From Sinorhizobium meliloti (GTDB lineage: Bacteria > Pseudomonadota > Alphaproteobacteria > Rhizobiales > Rhizobiaceae): DNA of 32,000 nucleotides. Position numbers and translations under genes: made by a program. The stretch covers positions 3,150,001 to 3,182,000 of the forward strand of contig NZ_JAGIOS010000001.1 in the NCBI RefSeq assembly GCF_017876815.1, read 5' to 3'. The notes beneath the pieces are model-generated. The model was not told the origin of the DNA. It worked only from the letters and a program-made list of their open reading frames with translations, and did not search any database. Below are positions 19,501 through 25,814 of this stretch, in pieces. Numbering within the stretch: position 1 is the stretch's first letter; the number at the start of each line of letters is the position of its first letter.

Positions 19501-22500
19501 GCTGATCGAAATGTCGACGCGGTTGGTGAGCGTGTCGGCCGCCAGACTGATCTGATCGGCTGTTTCGGCCAGGCGTTCGGCAATCTCGCCCGTCGTCGAG
19601 CGCATGCGGGAGTCGAGCGCCTCGGCGCTGCGATCGATCGCTCCGGCGATCGATGCCTGGCGCTCCTCGAGCGACATTTCGAGCATGCTGGCGCTGGTCG
19701 CCAGAGTGGTGGCCATCGCTATCGACTGGTCGGACAGCAACTCTTCGAGCCGCTCGCGTCCCTGGCCAACCGACAGGTTGATGGTGTTGATCCGATCGTC
19801 AAGTGTCGTGCGCAATTGCTCATGGGTCGTCGCCAGCGTGTCGCGCAGTTGCGCGGCCTTGCCGGAGAGCGTCCGATCGATCTCGGTCGCCTTGTCGGCA
19901 AGCGACGCGGTTGCTTCCGACGTGCGGGCGGCGAGCGCCTCGGTGCTGCGCTCGATCGCTCCGGCAATCGAGGCCTGGCGCTCTTCCAACGACATTTCAA
20001 GCATGCTGGCGCTGGTCGCCAGCGTCGTCGCCATCGCCATCGACTGATCCGAGAGCAGCTCTTCCAGCTGCTCGCGGCCCTGGCCGACGGCAAGGTTGAT
20101 CGCGGTGATCCGGTCGTCGAGCGTCGAGCGGATCTGGTCGTGCGTCGTCGTCAGCGTATCGCGCAGGTGTGAGGCCCTGCCGGTGAGCGTCTGTTCGATC
20201 TCGGCCGCTTTTCCTGCAAGCGAAGCCGTTGCTTCCGACGTGCGGGCGGTAAGCGCCTCCGCAATCTCGGCGCTGGTGCCGGCCAGCGTCTCGGAAATCT
20301 TTCCGACGCGGCTGCTCAGGTCCTCGGCGATGCGGGCGCTGGTATCGGTGAGCGTATCGGCGATCAGGCTGACGCGACCGCCCAGGTTTTCGGCGACTTC
20401 GGAGACGCTCTGCGAAAGCTTGTTCTCGATCTCGCCGACGCGGTCGGTCATGGTCTCGGCGACCGCCATAGCGCGGAAAGTCAGGCTGTCTGCGACGTCC
20501 TCTGCATGACGGCTGAGCGAGTCAGCCATTTCGCTGGCGCGGGCCGACATGGTGGAGTTGATCTGCGTCGCGCGTTCGGCGAGCACGCCGTCGAGCGCTG
20601 CGGTCTGGGTGGACAGCGCGTCGGTAATCGTCTGGCCGCGCTCTGAGAGGACGCGCTCCAGCCGGTCTGCGGTGCCGCCGACGGCACTTTCAATGACGCT
20701 TGCTCCGGAGGTGAGGGCGGTCGACAGTGCAGCCGTACGCTCCGAAAGCGTGTTGTCGAGGCGATGCTGGCTCGCGGCGATCGCGCTCGTGATCTCGTCG
20801 GTGGAGCCGGTAAGGGTCTGCTCGATGCGGGCATGAGCAGACTGCAGGCCCTCGATGAAGGCGGACGTACGGGAGTCGAGTCCGTCCGTCAGGCTTCGTT
20901 CGCTCGTCGTCAGCGCGTTGGCAAGCGCATCGGCGCGCTGGCCGAAGCCGTTTTCGATGCGCTCCTGCGCTTCGGTCAGGGCGCCCATCAGCGAACCGGT
21001 CTTGTCCGAAAGTACGCTCTCGATGCGGTTGTGCGCGTTGCCGATCAGGCTGCTGAGCTCGGAGGTGCGGCTGCCGATCGTCTCCTCGATGAAGTCCTGC
21101 GTCGCGCCGAGCGCCGTTGCCAGGGTGAGCGACTGCTCGGAAAGCGCCGAATTGATCTTGTCCACACTGCTGTCAAGGGCGCCGCCGATGGCCTCCGAGC
21201 CGCCGGAAACGGTCTCGTTGATCCGGTGGAGGCTTTCCATGAGCTTGGTGTCGAGCTGGCTCGCCCGCTTGTCGAAGGCGCTTGCAAATTCGTGGAAGCG
21301 TTCGTCGAAGGCGCTTGCCAATTGGCCGACCGTCGTCTGCAGCTTTTCCTCGAAAAAGCCGCCGCGCAGATCGAGATCCATGATGGCGTCGTCGGCGCTC
21401 GACTTGAGGCTTTGGCGGAAGCTCGCTCCCTTTTCGTCAAGGGCCGAGTTGAGCGAGGAAAGCACGTCGTCGAGGCCGCCGGAAATCGCCTGCTGGCCTA
21501 TCCTGAGGCTCTCATTGAGATCGCGCGTCCGGGCGATCAGCGTCTCGTTGAGCTGACGGGCGCGTTCGTTCAGGGCGGCGTTGAGCTTCTCGGTATTGGC
21601 GTCGAGCGTCGAGGCACGGGTTTCGAATTGGCTGAGCAACTGCTCGCCACGCTGCGTCAGGTTATCGCTGAGTGCATCGAGACGCGCGTCGAATTCGTTG
21701 CTGAGCGCCACTCCGGCGGTCGTCAGGCCCGAAAGCAACGCGTCGGTCCGGGTGGTCAGCATGGTGCTCAGATTTTCGAGCGCATGGTCCGATTTGTCGG
21801 TAAGTGCCGCGGCCCGGGTATCGATGAGCGAAGCGAAGGCCTCGCCGGAGACGGCGATGCGCGACGCAATGTCCTCGCTTGCCGTTTCGAGGTCGTCCTT
21901 CAGCTTGGTATGCGCGCCAGCGATCGCCGTGCGGATCCGATCCGAATGGCCGATGATCGCTTCGCGTTCGAGACCAAGCTCCTGGACGAGCGTGCGGACA
22001 CGCAGTTCGTTTTCGCTGTAGCTGCGTTCGAGTGCGCTGACTTCCGAATGCACGAGCGCTTCGAGCTCGGTTGCCCGGGCGATGGTGCGCTCTATGCCCT
22101 CGTTCATCGCCGAGACTTCGCGGCGCACGGCCTGGCCGACCGTCATGACGCGGTCGGCGGCATTGGTTTCCGGCTCGGCGAGGCGCATCGCAACCTCGGC
22201 CATCGAACGCGCGGCGCTGCGCAGTTCCTGAGCACGCGCGATCATGATCGCGAAGGAGAAGAAGAGCATGACGGGCAGGGCGATGCCGAGCAGGATGCCG
22301 ATTGCTCCAGGCATGGCCGCGAGATCGCCGAGAGAGCGGATCTGCCAGATCCCGGGCGCATAAAGAAGGTGGGCGACGCCAAGCCCGGCAACCGTCCAGA
22401 CCAGTGAAATGATGGCAGCGACCCGGATTGCCGCGCGGCTCGAGCGAACCTCCAGCGAACGCAGCATGGCGGCTGGAGATTTGCGCGTGTCGTCGTTGGC

Positions 22501-22785
22501 GGGCGCCAGGGGAGGCTGTTTCGGCGCCATCTCGCTCGCAAAACTGCGCGGTGCTTCCGCGCCGCGCGCGGGCTTGGGAGCTTCCTGTTGCGCTCGTGCG
22601 GCGCGGGCCTCACCGGATCCGGCGGCCTGCCGGGCGGTCTCGGACACATTTTCCGGCACCGGCTCCTCCAGGGAAGTCTCGTCGTTCAAGGCCGACTTCA
22701 GGTCGTCAAAGTCGATCTTCAGGGCAGCTTCCAGCGCCTGGAATGCCTTTTCGTCGATCGACTCGTTGGTCTTCTTCGTCGCCAT
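16516..22785 (-). CDS. rgsE: Giant (2,089 aa) membrane-anchored coiled-coil protein, GPR/RgsE-like growth-pole ring protein
   Basis: The ATG at 22785 (MATKKTNESIDEKAF) lies 9 nt downstream of a GAGG Shine-Dalgarno. Two hydrophobic segments map to about nt 22240-22431. About 1,600 aa consist of apolipoprotein-like helical repeats (L..R...L...L periodicity). There is a Pro/Ala-rich linker and a conserved C-terminal globular domain (VESLNSLSVDIARAIDHDASVELWRRYQRGERDVFTRRLY...). Size, architecture and the Rhizobiales context match my memory of A. tumefaciens GPR and S. meliloti RgsE. The name is a recollection, not a search result. Confidence 0.7.
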   Translation of the reverse strand: MATKKTNESIDEKAFQALEAALKIDFDDLKSALNDETSLEEPVPENVSETARQAAGSGEARAARAQQEAPKPARGAEAPRSFASEMAPKQPPLAPANDDTRKSPAAMLRSLEVRSSRAAIRVAAIISLVWTVAGLGVAHLLYAPGIWQIRSLGDLAAMPGAIGILLGIALPVMLFFSFAIMIARAQELRSAARSMAEVAMRLAEPETNAADRVMTVGQAVRREVSAMNEGIERTIARATELEALVHSEVSALERSYSENELRVRTLVQELGLEREAIIGHSDRIRTAIAGAHTKLKDDLETASEDIASRIAVSGEAFASLIDTRAAALTDKSDHALENLSTMLTTRTDALLSGLTTAGVALSNEFDARLDALSDNLTQRGEQLLSQFETRASTLDANTEKLNAALNERARQLNETLIARTRDLNESLRIGQQAISGGLDDVLSSLNSALDEKGASFRQSLKSSADDAIMDLDLRGGFFEEKLQTTVGQLASAFDERFHEFASAFDKRASQLDTKLMESLHRINETVSGGSEAIGGALDSSVDKINSALSEQSLTLATALGATQDFIEETIGSRTSELSSLIGNAHNRIESVLSDKTGSLMGALTEAQERIENGFGQRADALANALTTSERSLTDGLDSRTSAFIEGLQSAHARIEQTLTGSTDEITSAIAASQHRLDNTLSERTAALSTALTSGASVIESAVGGTADRLERVLSERGQTITDALSTQTAALDGVLAERATQINSTMSARASEMADSLSRHAEDVADSLTFRAMAVAETMTDRVGEIENKLSQSVSEVAENLGGRVSLIADTLTDTSARIAEDLSSRVGKISETLAGTSAEIAEALTARTSEATASLAGKAAEIEQTLTGRASHLRDTLTTTHDQIRSTLDDRITAINLAVGQGREQLEELLSDQSMAMATTLATSASMLEMSLEERQASIAGAIERSTEALAARTSEATASLADKATEIDRTLSGKAAQLRDTLATTHEQLRTTLDDRINTINLSVGQGRERLEELLSDQSIAMATTLATSASMLEMSLEERQASIAGAIDRSAEALDSRMRSTTGEIAERLAETADQISLAADTLTNRVDISISGVNSRLDETGARIETSLGSLEERIRGSVGDVDAILGETGSRIETSLGSLEERIRGSVGDVDAILGDTGARIETSLGSLEERIRDSVGSVNAIVDNAGQRIADSLGERAGEIDRISEAAATRISTAIETGTGRIEERLGTMDRALNIGLENVNRTIEGKAAALVTSLRGAVSDATQEIDAEAARSAGLLSKAGADFAGALAASNAEFASSIEQTASATAARHADLARSVAEAADTATARLASTNSQIATHAKSIQQSLTEAEKALDARGQSIRSTLDESTRELNSMLAGRSMELSRLLDEQARPVIEQYAATGKEAAERIASLTQESADRLRAENAALINAITERTGETLDAISLRAEETAKAMKMVENRLQSTAMGLIDQLASSNSAIATVIDQASGNLGDMDQRLEATAAKVSETARQASDMLSTSTRLIEGKVDKLSDISSSTLSQIGGIVGRFEDHSKVLGQASDLLAAAQSNLVSTLEERQDALRTLSVGLVQRSEEIERTMRALEGFVDGAFQRAEERSGQVAGNLRSGIQSSFSDVGRLLSNTEQRATEAAEALRDTLVKASDEAAASVEGVFSQAEERSRQIADRLRSGVETSFADANKTLSQVEGRALSASEALRQVMAKTGEEAGQALEGAFASVEERAKDAASRLRGTIGASVSDVERMLAESGKKSDGVAAQLREAVRQAIEDAIGRFNGATDDIRRSAGEIRKELDMTREELKRGAFDLPEEAKENAALMRRAVGEQIKALQELSEIIGKSSSQLEVAQPVRQQEAPAAPAARVVAPQAAAPQVAAPQPAAPQPAPNAALRGSLGIEQATRPLQPARPPATEERAEEGGGWMRDLLRAASREEEPAAARPRSAESQPVAKAGDSRNPRHVVESLNSLSVDIARAIDHDASVELWRRYQRGERDVFTRRLYTLKGQQTFDEIKRKYDREPEFRTAVDRYIADFEKLLADVARNDPDKRITQTYLTSDTGKVYTMLAHAAGRFS
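19241..19501 (-). repeat. Three tandem 87-bp (29-aa) near-identical repeats inside the giant gene
   Basis: CCGACGCTG(T/C)CGCGGATGCG recurs at 19241, 19328 and 19415. The protein reads RIETSLGSLEERIRGSVGDVDAILG(E/D)TG(S/A) three times. Confidence 0.9.
19615..20250 (-). repeat. Tandem duplication of a 318-bp (106-aa) unit inside the giant gene
   Basis: GAGCGCCTCGG(C/T)GCTGCG... starts at 19615 and again at 19933. The protein units are EALTARTSEATASLAGKAAEIEQTL...ERQASIAGAIERST and EALAARTSEATASLADKATEIDRTL...ERQASIAGAIDRSA. Confidence 0.9.
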
Positions 22786-23160
22786 ACGGATACGCCTCAC
22801 TACTATTGCCCGATGATGGCCGTCTTCCTGTGCCGCCAGGTGCCCAGCGGAACATCCGAACCAGGGCGGTGACCGCAAGGTCCAAGCTTCGCAATGAAGC
22901 CATAGATTGACTGATCACCCATTACATCGCCTCGATGGATAGCCGCAGCCTATGCCCTGCGACACCTTGTGACGCAGCTTATCCACCGGAACAGTTGCCA
23001 TTTTCATATACGGACCCGTTCCTAATCGTATCGTAGTGACACATTAGCCGGGCTCTTACAATTATGAGCGTTCCCCATTCATTAAAATCCTAATGATTTC
23101 TTAACGGAAACACGGTCTCCGGACCCGAAAAGCCAAGGGAATCAGCCGGTTTAATGGCCG

Positions 23161-23168
23161 TTAACCAT
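23161..23168 (+). promoter_or_regulatory. CtrA-type half-site TTAACCAT in the divergent giant-gene/Hpt intergenic region
   Basis: This is an exact TTAACCAT, embedded in TTAATGGCCGTTAACCATTT. The 13-mer CCGTTAACCATTT recurs at 28205-28217 on the other strand. Confidence 0.4.
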
Positions 23169-23260
23169 TTCCTCAATTTTTCTGCCTCCATTGCGCCGCG
23201 TTTTAGGTCAATGGCAGTGCCGCGCACCGATAATCCTGTTTGAAAACGGTGCGATTGTTT

Positions 23261-23372
23261 AGAGCGGGATGAGGAAAGTGTGTGCGGTTTTCCGCCCGCG
23301 TCCCGCTCTAATTTCTTGGTGACGATCACGTTGATGTTTTTAGGTCGACCCGACCCAAAAACATCGTGATCC
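23261..23372 (+). repeat. Two-hairpin intergenic repeat element, full copy
   Basis: AGAGCGGGATGAGGAAAGTGTGTGCGG...TCCCGCTCT forms hairpin 1. GATCACGTTGATGTTTTTAGGTCGACCCGACCCAAAAACATCGTGATC forms hairpin 2. By eye most positions match the copy at 23798-23912. Confidence 0.8.
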
Positions 23373-23401
23373 AGGCGAAATCGATTGTAGGAAACGAGCC
23401 C

Positions 23402-23770
23402 ATGGCGGCACTCAAGATAGCCTTCGAGGTACCGGACACCCCCGCAAATTCCATTCCCTCCAGCAAGAATCCCATCGACCTTGCGCATCTCTACAAGCAG
23501 ACGATGGGGGACACGGCGCTCGAGATCGAGGTTTTGAAGCTCTTCGCCCGTCAGGCACGCCAGGCGATGGCCGAGATGGCGGAGCGTGACGCAGAGGCCT
23601 GCAGCCAGGAGGCCCACCGTCTGAAGGGGGCGGCTCTCGCGGTCGGTGCGGTCGCAGTCGCCGAGGCTGCAGCCGCCATCGAGAAATGTCCAGCCGACGC
23701 TGCACTGCAGAGCGCTCTCGGCGCTGCCGTTCTCGAGGCAGAGCTCTTCGTTTTGAAACTCTGCCGTTGA
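23402..23770 (+). CDS. Hpt (histidine phosphotransfer) domain protein, stand-alone
   Basis: EAHRLKGAALAVGAVAVAEAA contains the HxxKG phospho-histidine motif in a predicted helical bundle. The ATG at 23402 is preceded by AGGAAA. Confidence 0.75.
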   Translation: MAALKIAFEVPDTPANSIPSSKNPIDLAHLYKQTMGDTALEIEVLKLFARQARQAMAEMAERDAEACSQEAHRLKGAALAVGAVAVAEAAAAIEKCPADAALQSALGAAVLEAELFVLKLCR

Positions 23771-23797
23771 CCCTGAAGCGCGTCCTGATCGGGCGCA

Positions 23798-23912
23798 GGA
23801 GGGGATGAGGAAAAGTGTGGGCGGTTTCCGCCCGCATCCCGCGCCTCAACTTCTTGGAATCGATCACGTTCATGTCTTCAGGTCGACCCGACCTGAAAAC
23901 ATCGTGATCTGG
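23798..23912 (+). repeat. Two-hairpin intergenic repeat element, full copy (direct repeat of 23261-23372)
   Basis: GGAGGGGATGAGGAAAAGTGTGGGCGGTTTCCGCCCGCATCCCGCGCC...GATCACGTTCATGTCTTCAGGTCGACCCGACCTGAAAACATCGTGATC, read directly from the sequence. Confidence 0.8.
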
Positions 23913-23949
23913 TCGCTGCTGCGGCTTGTCGCTATTGTGCATGTCGTTG

Positions 23950-23976
23950 TCCCAAAACCGCTGCGCACTTTTGGGC
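23950..23976. repeat. Hairpin CCCAAAACCGCTGCGCACTTTTGGG (another common rhizobial intergenic motif)
   Basis: A 7-bp stem CCCAAAA/TTTTGGG is seen in the sequence. From memory, the motif resembles a widespread Rhizobiales intergenic repeat. Confidence 0.45.
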
Positions 23977-24177
23977 CGGATGCCTTAAAACCTGTCATCA
24001 AACGCGATCTGCCCAACCGCCGCGGCAATTTGAGGCTGTGCGGATGGGCCGCATCGTGTTGACTGGCCGGTTGATTTGTTGGAAGAACGTGCCCTGAATT
24101 CAAAGCCGGGGCACCGCCTAGTCCTGACAAGCCCTGTGCCAGCCGGCCGGCCCCTTCAATTCGTTCCGGAAAGAGAA

Positions 24178-24498
24178 ATGACAAAACTTACGATCGTAGC
24201 CTTTGACGGCGCGCGCCACGAACTCGATGTCGAGAACGGCTCCACGGTCATGGAGAATGCGGTTCGCAATTCGGTCCCCGGGATCGAAGCGGAATGCGGC
24301 GGGGCCTGCGCCTGCGCGACCTGTCATGTCTATGTCGACGACGCCTGGGCGGCCCAGGTCGGCACGCCCGAAGCGATGGAAGAGGATATGCTGGACTTCG
24401 CCTACGACGTGCGTCCGACCTCGCGTCTCTCCTGTCAGATCAAGATGAGCGAAGCTCTGGATGGGCTCGTCGTTCATGTTCCCGAGCGCCAGGCCTGA
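24178..24498 (+). CDS. 2Fe-2S ferredoxin (adrenodoxin/putidaredoxin type)
   Basis: [29 protein letters not shown]...[15 protein letters not shown]...SRLSCQI carries the C-x5-C-x2-C...C cluster ligands. It is 106 aa from the ATG at 24178. Confidence 0.88.
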   Translation: MTKLTIVAFDGARHELDVENGSTVMENAVRNSVPGIEAECGGACACATCHVYVDDAWAAQVGTPEAMEEDMLDFAYDVRPTSRLSCQIKMSEALDGLVVHVPERQA

Positions 24499-24521
24499 CC
24501 GGCTCGAAGGGCCATCGTCGC

Positions 24522-24558
24522 AAAAAAAAGCCTCGCCGGTCAATCGACAAGCGAGGCT
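24522..24558 (-). terminator. Rho-independent terminator on the minus strand (may also stop the ferredoxin transcript)
   Basis: The minus strand reads AGCCTCGC-14 nt-GCGAGGCT followed by an uninterrupted T8 run (plus-strand A-run 24522-24529). Confidence 0.7.
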
Positions 24559-24638
24559 AGGAGGGCGCATCGCATGCAGATGAGGGAGGGAACATCTGCC
24601 GCACCAGGACACGCCAGGAGAACCTGTGCTGCCTCATC
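24522..24638 (-). ncRNA. Candidate trans-acting sRNA (~115 nt) with three CU-rich anti-Shine-Dalgarno motifs
   Basis: Minus-strand hairpin 1 is at 24629-24601, with loop UUCUCCUGGCGUGU. Hairpin 2 is at 24599-24576, with loop UUCCCUCCCU. The single-stranded linker GCGCCCUCCU precedes the terminator hairpin and U8. A possible -10 CATTAT lies at 24650-24645. There is no credible ORF. Confidence 0.4.
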
Positions 24639-24982
24639 GCCCGGATAATGCTGCATTAGCCGAAGACGACGAAGCCAAACTCACGCCGGTTGCCACTAAA
24701 ACGCGAGATCTCGGTATCGATCCGCAATCCAATGTCAACTTCATCGAGCAGTTGAACTTCGGTTCCTCCGCTCGTTGCATGATTTTAATATAGCTGAGTC
24801 GGCTGCTGCTCGCTATCGTTAGATTCCGCCAGTAAAATACTGTGGGTTTCTGGCGTTTTCTTCTGAAGCTGAATTTATATCCTACCGTTTCTTTGGGGTA
24901 TTCCGATCCAAAGAGCAAACACGGTCCCGCGTATCGCGCGGCGGCGATGCACGGCCTGCCTCACGTCATCAGCAGGTCTTGA

Positions 24983-25618
24983 TCAGCGGGTCTTGGCGTT
25001 CTTCTTCAGGCTTTCGAGGCGGTATTGCAGCAACCGGATCATCCGTCGGTCGAAATTCGCCGCCTCGGTGCGGTCGAAGCGCGCCTGGTCCTTGTCGTGC
25101 CGCTCGACTTCCTCGGCGCTCACTTCCGCTACCCGGGCCTGCATGCGCTCGCAACTGTCCTCGGCTTTCAATGAAAGCAGCGCCTTTTCCATCTGGCGCG
25201 CGTGAATGCGCGCGATCTCTGCATGGCGTTCCTCGTGGCGCTTGATGTCGCTCGCCAGCGTGTCCCAGACCAAGGCCAGATCGCGACCCGCCTGTCGACG
25301 ATACTTCCAGCGCGGCAGAATGATGCGCGTGTTGAGCGTGACCTTGGCCGAGCCCACCGCGCAGCGGTCGTCGCGACTGACATAGGTGACCGTGCCGCCG
25401 AACTTGATCCGGGTGGCGCCCGGATGCCGCGTTCCGGTGCTCTTCATCATGGGGCCGGACGCCGAAAGCGCCTTGTCGAGTTCTGCGGCCGTGCGCCCGC
25501 CGATCGAGAAGTAGGAGATTCTCTTGCTGATCAGTGTTTCGCCCGAGGCATTGCCAAACGGGACGCCGACGAGCAATGCGACCAGGGCTGCACGCAGCGG
25601 GATATGTAGTCGGGACAT
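24983..25618 (-). CDS. DUF922-family secreted protein with HExxH motif (predicted Zn-metallopeptidase-like)
   Basis: Signal peptide MSRLHIPLRAALVALLVGVPFGNASG. It also has YFSIGGRTAAEL, ILPRW and HEERHAEIA (HExxH). The ATG at 25618 was chosen over longer track starts that lack a signal peptide. Confidence 0.7.
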   Translation of the reverse strand: MSRLHIPLRAALVALLVGVPFGNASGETLISKRISYFSIGGRTAAELDKALSASGPMMKSTGTRHPGATRIKFGGTVTYVSRDDRCAVGSAKVTLNTRIILPRWKYRRQAGRDLALVWDTLASDIKRHEERHAEIARIHARQMEKALLSLKAEDSCERMQARVAEVSAEEVERHDKDQARFDRTEAANFDRRMIRLLQYRLESLKKNAKTR

Positions 25619-25814
25619 GGAAGCGCGTTCTCGCCGGTTGAACTTCATTGAAGCTTGGGGCATAGCCAAAGCCAGCGCAACACAAATCGGCCCCAACCGA
25701 CGTCGACAAGCTTGCATAGTATGTGAGGAAGACGTCATAACGTGTTGCTTTCGAAAGATATATTTGCACCATGACGGGCGGTTGATTCGAGCCGTTCAGC
25801 TGCGGACCGGAACA

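Noticed and set aside
16246-22407. Multiple long plus-strand ORFs inside the giant gene (16246..17745, 17684..18697, 18388..20172, 20764..22407)
   Set aside because: They are antisense to a continuous 2,089-codon ORF with coherent repeat structure. Their translations are Arg/Gly/Ala-rich with no motifs.
22979-22986. A DnaA-box-like TTATCCAC upstream of the giant gene
   Set aside because: It is a single 8-mer with no cluster and no AT-rich unwinding element. One occurrence is about what chance predicts for this window size.
23151-23165. TTAA-N6-TTAAC read as a full CtrA box
   Set aside because: The spacing is 6 rather than the canonical 7. Only the TTAACCAT half-site is retained as a candidate.
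23090-23942. Minus-strand ORFs of 175-176 aa overlapping the Hpt gene and the repeats
   Set aside because: They read through the intergenic repeat elements and antisense to Hpt. The peptide segments encoded by the repeats (…VIDSKKLRRGMRAETAHTFPHPLL…) are recurrent repeat artefacts.
24634-24918. A 94-aa minus-strand ORF in the AT-richer tract
   Set aside because: Third-position GC is about 50%, unlike real genes here. It has no ribosome-binding site and no recognisable domain, and it overlaps the candidate sRNA 5' region.
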